DNA of 63,698 nt, filler included, from Perkinsus chesapeaki ATCC PRA-425 (taxonomy: Eukaryota > Protista > Perkinsozoa): assembly GCA_013115145.1 (NCBI GenBank). It is 4 parts of 4 records of this genome, joined end to end, with 100 filler letters (N's around TTAATTAATTAA, not from the genome) between each part and the next. Parts side by side here need not be neighbours in the genome. Positions count along the whole stretch, not along the records: positions 1 to 27,867 come from JAAPAO010000485.1; positions 27,968 to 44,695 come from JAAPAO010000699.1; 2 more parts are not named here. One strand, written 5' to 3'. Shown one piece after another: positions 23,415-33,606 of this stretch. A program made the position numbers and the translations under genes. The stretch's first letter is position 1, and each line of letters begins with the position of its first letter. The notes under the pieces were generated by a model, which was not told the origin of the DNA, ran no database searches, and saw only the letters and a list, made by a program, of their open reading frames with translations.

Positions 23415-24311
23415 TTATACTGATATTTTTTCAGAAATGTAAGTATAAGGAAAATGAGAAGTGAATACGGGGGTCTTCAAGAACATCTCTGCCTTCCCAA
23501 GTAGACTCCACTTATGAAGGTCATTCTTCACAGTGCGAAGGCTTAACTCAACTGATGCACCGGCACTTGCTGTGAACGGAATACCCGGAACACGTTGTTC
23601 ATAGGAGGCCGACATGTTGAAGCCGAGATTGAATGATTTGCCGGCGAAAACGTCGCTTGACTGAACCGGAATACTCTCCATGTCCATAACCAGATAACCA
23701 TATGCATAAAACTTGAAGTGGACATTGGATACAAATGAGCTGCGCATGATGCCTAACTGACCAGGGTGATGAAGCTCCTCGACATGGGTGGCAAGGAAGA
23801 TTGAAATCGCAGCTGAACTCTTATTGCCATAAGAGAGCAGTTCAGCGTGACCCCCAGCCTCCACGTCGAGCTTCTGCACCTCCTCATCTTCATAGAGAGC
23901 TTTGAGACCAATGGCTGTACTCTCGTTCGGGTTGAAAATGTCAAAGAAGTCGACCGCAGCGTCGACTTTTGTTGTTTTAGTTGTGTCGTCTGTTGATTTG
24001 TTTTGTTCTTGAAGTGAGCCGTGGAAGCAAAAAGGATAACTTTCATTCCGGCTGGTTGGGGTACAATTAGCCGGGAAGGAGAAAGTGCCATTGGACGACT
24101 CGGAAGCTTGCTGGACACCTTTGTCAAAAGAGGCAACTCGTTTCTCATTCATTTCCTTGTTATCAGCCTCGGCCTTCTTCAGGGTTTCGATCAGATCCGC
24201 TAGTGTATCGTCATCATCATCGAACTTGAACGAAGAGCTTGGATTGGGATGATTCTGGATGATGGCAACCGAGCTCGTTAAGCAGAAAATGATGAGCGTG
24301 ATTACCGTCAT
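23415..24311 (-). CDS. Predicted secreted hypothetical protein, paralog 1 (298 aa, intronless)
   Basis: Single ORF with a signal-peptide-like N-terminus MTVITLIIFCLTSSVA; collinear with the ORF at 26345-27220. Confidence 0.9.
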   Translation of the reverse strand: MTVITLIIFCLTSSVAIIQNHPNPSSSFKFDDDDDTLADLIETLKKAEADNKEMNEKRVASFDKGVQQASESSNGTFSFPANCTPTSRNESYPFCFHGSLQEQNKSTDDTTKTTKVDAAVDFFDIFNPNESTAIGLKALYEDEEVQKLDVEAGGHAELLSYGNKSSAAISIFLATHVEELHHPGQLGIMRSSFVSNVHFKFYAYGYLVMDMESIPVQSSDVFAGKSFNLGFNMSASYEQRVPGIPFTASAGASVELSLRTVKNDLHKWSLLGKAEMFLKTPVFTSHFPYTYISEKISV

Positions 24312-24463
24312 GATTAGGGGGGGACTTTACAATAAACGAAAGCCTGCAAGTAAATGTGGAAGCGTGCACCTGGGGGAAGACGCAGAGCCCCGAGGTGGTG
24401 CTAGACGCGAAATCCTATTAAGGATCTCTTATTGAGCAATATTCCGAATTACAACTCAGAGGT

Positions 24464-24487
24464 CCGCCCGCTAAGAGTCGTGACCGT
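24464..24487 (-). promoter_or_regulatory. Candidate upstream element shared by the two secreted paralogs
   Basis: CCGCCCGCTAAGAGTCGTGACCGT here versus CCGCCCGCTTAAGCTGTGACCGT at 27396-27418, about 150-175 bp upstream of each ATG, in flanks that otherwise align poorly. Confidence 0.45.
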
Positions 24488-25005
24488 GAGGATTTTTCGT
24501 ACGCAATGCGTTCTATGCATCCTCATGTCCCGCTTCTGAGTCACTTTAATCCTTGAGGATTGGCCACACAGCACGTGCAAGTGGATGATCACTAATCAAG
24601 AATGCCACGGGACGCAAAGTGTACATGATAAGGCACGAATCCACTGGAAGACGGGTACAGAAGAGATAGAATTGTGCGCTTAAAGCCACTGTTTGAGTTA
24701 GACATCGAATGGCGGTCTCGCTGGCGGCGACGTAGAAATTATCGATTCCAACATTGCGAGTAGATGTAGACGGGCCCCTCTGACGAGCAGTACATCTGCC
24801 TGTGTTACACATCATGTGTATCAGCCATATAATGAAGTTTATTCCATGAATTGTGCCTGATAATATCAGGCACAGTTGGTGTACTGATAATATCATCCGG
24901 CACTAGCGAGATCTGCGCGACGCGCCATATCGGGCTCTGTGCGACACGCTTGCACATATCAGAGTTGTGATAGACAATCTGAGGTTCGCTGACTAATGCC
25001 CTTGC

Positions 25006-25027
25006 TCCGTAGCCATATTGGCTCAAG
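25006..25027 (+). ncRNA. Genomic spliced-leader sequence (SL RNA gene/pseudogene or relict SL)
   Basis: TCCGTAGCCATATTGGCTCAAG is a 21/22 match to dinoSL DCCGTAGCCATTTTGGCTCAAG (Perkinsus form ACCGTAGCCATYTTGGCTCAAG) and is immediately followed by GT. Confidence 0.75.
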
Positions 25028-26344
25028 GTCTTGGTGTACTTGTGGTTGACCTGTATTAGATATCGCTCTAGCGTATGGCGGGTCGCGTTATCTCCAGTGG
25101 CAGCCCAGAGGCTGGTACCGACAACAGATCCCTCAATGTCCTCAGCTACCGGTATTACTGGTAGTTACGTGTGTATTGCCGTGTGTGGACCCAAGGGCCC
25201 GGAGCCTCCCGCAGTAAGGGTTGTGAAGCTTTCGAATACATTAACTCTGGAAGACAGGATCATTTCTCAGTGAGAAATTCTCACTGAGGAATCCTCAGTT
25301 TCCTGTGATGTCGATGTTGAGTGGTATTCGAGACTGCATCAACGTGTGAATCTGTAGCCCTTTTTCCAGCATCTTGGCTAAGCTCCCCCCATCACTGGGT
25401 CCCTTATTGATAGCACACTCTCCTCAATGCACTCGGGAACCGAGAATCTTGGCGGTATCCTGCAGCTCCAGACTCCCGATAGTATCGTGGCGATACGTCC
25501 AAACTTAGTTTGACAAACTACGATTATCAATGTTCATCCAAATTTTCATCACTAGCATGCTTCTGAAAGCTGGCAACAAGCAACACTGATATCCAATATC
25601 GGCGAGTTGGCGACGCACAATGAAGGCCCGTAGTCCGGGCCCTCGGAGGGCCACCCTCTTCTCACCACCCACTCCCCATAAATTTTGTGCTTCAGTAAAC
25701 TAGTGCGCAGCACTAGACTCATTTGTACTCAAAAGTGGAAGTACTGATGAACTTATGCTATTCGCATAACCGCGAATATAACAATTTACAAAGATTGCAT
25801 ACTATAAATCACAGTCTTGGGCTGACATTGTCGACCACGGCCCGACCTGGTTTGCAATCCCCTTGCGACCTGACTGCTTAGCGCAACACCGCGGAATATA
25901 CGATAAAGAAGATGATGATCATATCATTATGTCTGACTGGGTCAGCTGTACACTACTACAACCAGTTAACCTTCGCCGCAGAAAACTGAATAGAAAGGTC
26001 CATCAGCCTCAGGCTCGAAGTCAGTCAAAAGTCGTTAAACTACACTTGGATTCAGAATATATCAGATAAGCTGAGTACTTTCTGTGCTACATGGCGAGTT
26101 TATATACCAAATACACCGTGATACAGCGGCTGTATTCAGTAAACCATTAGCAGCTCACATGAGCCCAAATGTAGTGAGCAAAACTTTTGCTGCAGAATCA
26201 AAAAGATGTCAACTAATAATAGGAAAATGTGAATAGTTATCCACACTGTACATCTAGCAGGGGATCATTCACTATGAGATAATCACCAATGACTAGGGTG
26301 ATAGCATAGATGCTGATTTTGCTCATACAAGATATCATGTGAAG

Positions 26345-27220
26345 TTAAACGGAGATAGATTCAGAGAAGTAATCATACGGAAAGCGCACAGTGCCAACAG
26401 GACTCCTGACGAAAGCCTCTGCCCTGCCGAGCAGATTCCACTTTCGAACGTCGTTTTTGACACTTCGGAGGCTCAACTCAACCTTTGCACCGACAGAACC
26501 GTAGGAAATACCCCTTTCGTAAGAAGCCGACATGTTGAAGCCGAGATTGAACGATTTGCCGGCGAAGACGTCGCTTGCCTGAACCGGAACACTCTCCATA
26601 TTCATGACCAGATAACCATAAGCGTACACTATGAAGTGAGGCGTGGCTACAAATGAGTTGCGCATGATTCCTAGCTGACCAGGCTCATAAAGCTCCTCGA
26701 CATGGGTGGCAAGAAAGGTAGATGCCGCAACTGTACTCTTATTGCCAAAAGAGAGCAGCTCAGCAACACCGCCAGCCTCGACGTCGAGCTTCTGCACCTC
26801 TTTATCTTCATAGACAGCTGTGAGACCAATGGCTGTACTCTCGTTCGGGTTAAATATGTCAAAGAAGTCGGCAGCAGCGTGGACTTCTGTTTTTTTAGTT
26901 GTGTCGTCTGTTGATTTGTTTTGTTCTTGGAGTGAGCCATGAAAACAGTACGCATATCCTTCGATCTGGCTTGTTGGGGTGCACTTAGGCGGGAAGGCGA
27001 AAGTGCCATTGGACGACACTGAGGCTTGCTGGACACCTTTGTGGAAGAAAGCAACTCGTTTCTTATTCATTTCCTTGTTATCAGCCTCGGCCTTCTTCAG
27101 GGTTTCAATCAGATCCGACAATGTATCATCATCGAACTTGGACAAAGAGCTCGTACTGGGACCATTCTGGAAGTTGGCAACCGAGCTCGTTAAGCAGAAA
27201 ATGGCTGAGATTACCGTCAT
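26345..27220 (-). CDS. Predicted secreted hypothetical protein, paralog 2 (about 291 aa, intronless)
   Basis: The likely start is ATG 27220 (MTVISAIFCLTSSVA), homologous to the paralog 1 start. Long identical runs are shared, e.g. DLIETLKKAEADNKEMN and KSFNLGFNMSASYE. Confidence 0.9.
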   Translation of the reverse strand: MTVISAIFCLTSSVANFQNGPSTSSLSKFDDDTLSDLIETLKKAEADNKEMNKKRVAFFHKGVQQASVSSNGTFAFPPKCTPTSQIEGYAYCFHGSLQEQNKSTDDTTKKTEVHAAADFFDIFNPNESTAIGLTAVYEDKEVQKLDVEAGGVAELLSFGNKSTVAASTFLATHVEELYEPGQLGIMRNSFVATPHFIVYAYGYLVMNMESVPVQASDVFAGKSFNLGFNMSASYERGISYGSVGAKVELSLRSVKNDVRKWNLLGRAEAFVRSPVGTVRFPYDYFSESISV

Positions 27221-27629
27221 GATTAGGGGGAAGCTTTTAGGTAAGAGAAAGCCTGCCAGTAAACAGTGTTTACTAAACACAATATTATGCTCCCGAAAAC
27301 GAATCTTACCTGTAAAATTACAGAGCTAAATCGCGGTATTTCTCCCATTAGATGATATTCTACAATTCAGGAACTGAATAGTAAGCTGCAGTATGCCGCC
27401 CGCTTAAGCTGTGACCGTCTCGATAATTTTTACGCACGCCCGTGTCCCGCATCGTAAGAACTTCTGCTGTCGAGGTTCGGCTTTTTAGACAAGTTAACCA
27501 TCAGTCGTAAATAGGAGCACAGAGGTTGGAAAGAGTAGACAAGGATGTACGTAGGCACCGCGCGGGACAAACTCGTCTTTTTACACCTACTGCTGAAGAG
27601 ACAATTCGTCGCGGTCACGTGACAGCGAC

Positions 27630-27867
27630 GCCGGAAATTCCGCCCGGAATTCCACAGTCAAGCGTCGACTTCAGTTACTCTAGAGCCTCGATGATCGAGG
27701 CTCGATCTCTCAAGCCTAGAGTCTCGGTTAAGCGAGACTCGCTGTGTTCTGAAGCCCATCGAGCTGGGCCGGTATGCGGATCCTGATCCATGGATCAATC
27801 CGATGATCCGGATCACTCAGTGATCTTCTTGTCTGAGACAAATCAATCGTGATCCGAAATGCTTGAG
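27630..27867. repeat. Palindrome-packed contig end
   Basis: 10-1-10 (27683-27703), 7-1-7 (27693-27707), 8-6-8 (27719-27740), 7-0-7 (27784-27797), 6-0-6 (27804-27815), 7-1-7 (27811-27825), 6-1-6 (27829-27841). Confidence 0.93.
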
Positions 27868-27967
27868 NNNNNNNNNNNNNNNNNNNNNNNNNNNNNNNNN
27901 NNNNNNNNNNNTTAATTAATTAANNNNNNNNNNNNNNNNNNNNNNNNNNNNNNNNNNNNNNNNNNNN
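27868..27967. other. Artificial contig linker (N44-TTAATTAATTAA-N44)
   Basis: Six-frame-stop spacer embedded in Ns; identical at three places. Confidence 0.98.
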
Positions 27968-28379
27968 ACGTTTACGCTGAGCTTCGCAGGCGTTGGTTCT
28001 TCCCATGGTTAATAAATAGGCCGAGAGAGGCTATTAACTAAAAAGGAGGCAAATAAGGGAAAACGATTGTCGGTAGGGTGGAAGTAGGAGACCATAGCTG
28101 TGAGTGGCGCAAGGAGCACAACCCTCAAAGCTTTCTAGAAAATATGAAACCAGGTATACTCGTTGTGAGTCAGATACGGTATAGAGGAAGGAATAAATGT
28201 TTGAACACTCCAGAAAAGCGTAAATAGATGAAACGCTAAAGGACGTTAGCGATGTGAGACTGTGTGAGAAGATTCGTTTATCGAACGATTTAACGCGCTC
28301 CAAAACGCTCATGAGTTCGTTCTAAAACATCTGGTCACAATTCGCAAGGACTCAACATCAACGCTCATCAGAAACTATT

Positions 28380-31367
28380 TTCAGAAACGTGCATGTGATT
28401 GCGAAGGGCGTGATGACGCTCTTTGCATGGTCGGGGGTAACCGTGGCGGTATCGAGCTATCTGAAGGCCGTTGCTGGGTTGCTGCTGCTGCATTGGGTGG
28501 CCGGCGGCGGGAGTTGGCTGGTCTATCCTTAACAGGGACAGTGGGGAGCAAGGCTAAGGCTTCTGGTGGCAGCAGTGGCCGACCTGAACAGGAGCTGGGT
28601 GGTAGTTGTGATGTCGTGGCTGGTCATTACATGCATCGACTGTTTTACGCTGAAGTGAGGTATGAATGTGAGCGATGAGTGGAATGAAGGCAACCCACTC
28701 CTCAGTAGTGAATCCAGTCTTATATTGCAATAACGACTCAACCAGCGTTATGCTATATAGATCATCAACGTATCTCAAGACAAGCTGGCAAGGTTCCGGC
28801 GATCTGCTTGGGTCACCTTATCGGGCTGGTCCATAATCCCGAGGCCAAAATAGTGAGTTGCTCGATACTAAGGGACCTCAGCCTCGGGAAGGTCTCTCGC
28901 ACGAGCAACAGGACAAGTCTCACTATGTAGCCAGGCAGCACCTGGACAGCACTCTAACTGCCTAGGCGGCAACGAGCCTTACTGAGTTCTTGTCACCCAC
29001 TATGAGCTTCAAGTTCCCTGCCAGCTCAACCCAGTCCTCAAGTTGCACGTATTTTCCCGTACTTGAAGATATCCGCTTCGATGCGATAAAACGCAGGAAT
29101 GCTTGCGAGCTCTGGGCCTCGCCTCCAGGGGCTTTGGCGAACAGGTTAAGGACTCGGACGGGGTTGGTCTCGATGCTGATATGGGTGGGGGTAGAGAGCA
29201 ACTGAAGGATAAGATGCGCTGGCTAAGACAAGCCTGATTAGAACCCACCACTCTGGCCTGCAGCCGAAGGTCCTCCACTAGAGCCTCACAACCATCAATG
29301 CTATCAAGGCCAGAGAGAGCGGTGAGGACATCCAAACAGTAGAGCAGATTGCTGGGAGATACTCCATCTCCCCGTAAGAGGGAGAGTAGTTCAGGGCTCA
29401 CAATACCTGTTCTACAGGCAGCACTAAGGAACCGGACCTTCACATCTGGCTCGCTGGCAAGTGCCACGGGATAGTGGCGCAATCGTGTAAGAACGATTCT
29501 GCCAAGTCTGTCAGCTGTTACCATAGGTAGGGCGGCTGCAGCTGGCTGCGCCAGGGCTTCGAGAGTGCCCAGTAACTGTGTAACCGTAACCGTTAGTGTA
29601 AGTGTTACGATGCTACCCCGTGAAGGTCAGAGTATATACATTGGTATTCCACAGCGGCCATGGCCAAGGCTGTGGCTTTCGCTGGATTAATACGATACCG
29701 CGCAGGAGTCCCCTGACCAGAGGGAACGAAGTAGCCTGAAATGCACTAGGAAGGAGCTCTCCACAAATCGCAGCAGTCTTACTGCAAAGCCTGGCGAACT
29801 GGCCAGGATGGAGTTGAGCTAAAGATAGTTGATCGTCGTTGATTTCTCCACCAGTTGCTGCTGCTCGGTTGAGACTCCCTATGAGATCGCCTCTGGAGGC
29901 ATAGGTGGCGCTAGAAGTGCCCAACCTAGTACAAAACTATATACAGAAAAGGGAATGGGTTACCTTTTATAAAGGCTACTAATAGACGGACATTTCCTTC
30001 GAGCTCTTGATGACGACATAATACACTACACGCTCTATGATGATGATGACTTAAACTCAATAACATGTCGATAGAGAAACCAATAACAGTACAGCAGCAG
30101 CGGAGGTATTAATACTAATCAGTTACTCAGGGACTCTGAGGTCGAAAAGTCGTCGGCACAACGTGGTAGCGTCTTTTCCAATTCGCCACTTTATTGCGCA
30201 AATTCACCACTGCTGGGTGATCCACCGAGGTTCGCCTAAAAGTAGGAATGATCTACGGAGAAGAGCTCGTATAACCCACATGAAGGTAGCGTAGTCCTTT
30301 TGATCGCCCATGTCCCGAAGAACCGCTTGGGACGTTCCAATGCACTCGTCAAATAATGCAACTGAAAACGAGTCCGAGGAGATAGCCACCAGAGATCTGC
30401 AAAGCTTACTGAATTCCTTGAACTGAGGACCGTCAAAATCTGCTTCTGCCCCGAATTGAATGGCAAGTCTTAAGGCGTCTATCTGGAAGCAGCTGTCGCC
30501 TTTGGTGTAAGGTGTTATCCCATCAACGCCGAAATCCACCAACTCAACCACTCGGTTCACCATATAATCTGCGAAGATAATATCAACTCCGTTCCATCTC
30601 AGCAGCAGCAGCAGCGGTGACCTACTCTGCACTCCATACTTGGTCAGCCACGTGATCATTCGCATTGTTGAGACATGATAGCCGGCATCGATCCCTCTGG
30701 CTTTCAAGTTCTTCGCTAGGGTACTGATAGCAATAACGGGGCTGCTGAGCAGCATATAGTGTCATGGTCTTACTCTCCTGCGTTCTTCACGCGCTCCCGG
30801 AAGTCCACGCTTAGTGTAGACCGAACCATGTTGGCATCAAAGCGCGAGACATTAGCGTAAACGGAGAGGTTATGCTCCTCATCACGCAGCTCTCTTAGCG
30901 TTTGGGCAAGATCCGTCCCATTCCCTAATAAGAGACGAGGCTATTCGATAGTATAAGGCAAAACGCCTTACGACCCGCCGCATCCTCAGACTCTACGGTA
31001 TATCCAATATTGAGAATCTGAGACTTCACGTTCGACCTGAAAGATACGCCAGTGACGAACGCGGATCCCTGTAGCTTACAATCGTGCATTCATCATCGAT
31101 GCTCTGATCAGAGATGATACGCCGACTGCCAATAGGAAGCCAATGATAGCCATGAAGAACAGAGTCACCTACAACGACAAGGGTATCAGAAAATCTTGCC
31201 AGTGCGCTCCGCCGAAACGGCGAAATGATACTCTCCGGCGAAGTCAGGCTTACATGTCTATTAGCGGGCCATGGACGAGCGGTGGGTAGTACGGGCTTAG
31301 AGTCTTCTTCCTCAGTAACTGATGATGAGGGAGTGCTTGGAGGAGGGTTACTGCGAGAGCGGGCCAT
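28380..31367 (-). CDS. Large multi-exon hypothetical protein, helical and Leu-rich
   Basis: Chain of minus-strand ORFs (31026-31400, 30204-30755, 29613-29924, 29009-29524, 28962-29201, 28554-28778) separated by short GT-AG introns. Probable ATG at 31367 (MARSRSN); 3' end approximate. Confidence 0.6.
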
Positions 31368-31466
31368 TGGCTGAGAATGTGTAAAAACTGAGGGGAACAA
31401 TGCAGCCTTTGCAACACACAGAGAACGGAAGATGACTCAACATCGATAGGAAAATGTTAGCATGTT

Positions 31467-33474
31467 TCATGGCATGAAACGTTCATAGGGATAATGATAA
31501 GTGTGACCATCGTGCGGACCACGCTCGGCTACAGCACAGTGACAGAGATTTGCGAACCCATTACGCCGAGAGTCGGTGATGACGTCTCTCGGCTCGAACC
31601 TTCGTGGATTGCCACTTGACACCAACTATTCAGAAGAACGGTCAAAGGGCGGTACCGAATCGACTTACCTCTATCTGAAACTCAAGAGACTGCTTATCGC
31701 TTGTTGCCATGCTGCCGTTAGGTAAATAAAGCTCCCTTAGTTCACCGATGCTTGCTTGTGTTGCCTCTCTATAACGAGGCCTATAATATCCTTCTAGAAT
31801 ATCAGCCTGCCACATACACTGTAATTGACTGGCATTCAGGTGGTGCACCGCCCATGTTCTGTTATGTAATCTCGAGAACTGATGCTCGCAATATGGGTTC
31901 AACGCTATACGATTCTCGTCCCTATCATCAACTTGTATAAACGTCCTTCGCTCCGCTACTAACTGGAAGAGATAGGTTCCAAAGGCAGGATCGTCCGGAT
32001 GAGCAGTCGGCAGGCCTCCCTCCGCCTCCCTATCGACCACCATTCTAATCAAGTCCATTGACGCAACAAAGATATTCCCTCTGACATAAAGCGGGAACCT
32101 CTCCGCCAGAGTGTAATCTCGAACGGGGTCGTTATAGTCCTTTGTATCATCCGGATCTCTCACCACAATGCTTGCATAATCGTAGAATCCCCACAGGTAC
32201 CGTACAGGTACCCTCCTCTCAACTATTTGCTCCAATAATGGTATTGGTCGAAGATAGACATCGTCATCTACACGAAGAAAGTAGTGTGCCTCCAAGGCGA
32301 GGTCCCTTGCTATGTACTGGAACATCCTCAAAGACTTAAGTGTGACGTTCCTATAGGCGTCCCACACATCGAGCTCGACTATGTCGCCGTACGCCCCCTG
32401 TTCCAGAGAGATATCCTCGTCGCCTAATCCGACGAAAAATCGGTACGTAACACCACCCGACGGAAACACTATATGCTTTACTAGCGAAAGCCAAGTTTGC
32501 CTCAACGTTTGTCTCAGTAGGAAATTTCTTCTAGCGCTGAAAATGCCAATAAAAACAACGCTTCGCTCCGCCTGTAATGTTACTTGTCTTTGCAAACCAC
32601 ACAGTGTACAAATATGAGCGTGTAGTCGGGCTTCTAGTGGAAGATTGTAACGGTACTGCAAGACGTCCTGCGTCATCCTTTGTGTCTCCAATCTATAGAA
32701 CACGTTCTCTTCTTTCCTTTCATTTGTCATAAGGTCCTCCAGCATGACAATGGCAGCCGGCAGCTCGAGACTGTAAATGCCCCAGACCGCCTCCCCCATA
32801 TGGAAGTGGAATGGGACTACTCTTTTCATATCTTCTACTGGTACTAGCGGTACAGTGTGCTGCGCCATAGCCTCTACCAGAATCCTCGGTGGGAAAGCAT
32901 CGTCGTCCATGCCACCGTAGAGCAGAGTGAACCGATACCGTCTGAGCATTCTTCTATAGGAAGCCGAGCCCTCTATGAAAACATGGTCTGGCATAATCTC
33001 TGTAGCATTCACGACCAGGTCCCTCAGGTGCCGCTGCGCTCCAAAATCCTTGGGTAACACAACCGATAGAAGCTGGTCCTTCTCCAAGAGCAACTGTATG
33101 TTCTCTTCCCTATACAAGGTCGGGTCGAAATAGTAAACATTGCCATTTCTCTCCATAAACGGCACCACGCTTCTGTTAGTTGTAAGAAGCACATCGTAAT
33201 CGCCGATGGCCAGCGGGTCGATCAACCTGCTCGAGTTGGAATACAGAACTCGGCACGTTGAAGTCTGTGGTAAAGAGGAGGAGGATGGCTCGCCCACTGT
33301 CAGGAGGGCATCGCAGTCTTCGAAGTACTTGGTCCATGGCCGGGGGGCCTCTTCAGGCGTCCGACCTTCAACCAGGGCTTGGCCGAACACTCGATTCAAA
33401 TCGTCTATTCTGACCCCAAGCGACGACTTCCCATCGACAGCTGAGAGAGATGATAACAAAATAGAGAGTAACAT
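31467..33474 (-). CDS. GT31 (beta-1,3-galactosyltransferase-type) glycosyltransferase with an extra N-terminal domain, about 654 aa
   Basis: Motifs VFIGIFSARRNFLLRQTLRQTW, RFFVG, EQGAYGDIVELDVWDAYRNVTLKS and YFLRVDDDVY; signal-like N-terminus MLLSILLSSL. A 43-nt intron (31668-31626) adds an in-frame last exon ending ...LCHCAV...ERFMP-TGA. Confidence 0.9.
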
Positions 33475-33606
33475 CTGAAGAGTGCAGCTGCTGATACATT
33501 CCCAACGCAATCCCAACGCAACACAGCAGAGCGTCTTAATACGTAATAAGGAACAACCTACGGCGCAATGGTAGTATGGTGCACTTCATCTACATCAGCA
33601 GACTCA

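Noticed and set aside
27912-27923. TTAATTAATTAA palindrome recurring at 27912, 44740 and 62500
   Set aside because: It sits centrally in identical 100-nt N spacers and is an artificial six-frame-stop contig linker. Gene adjacency across these points is not biological.
28761-28775. LRYVDD as a reverse-transcriptase catalytic motif
   Set aside because: No other RT motifs (KAFD, QG-S) upstream; it lies among exons of an unrelated spliced gene.
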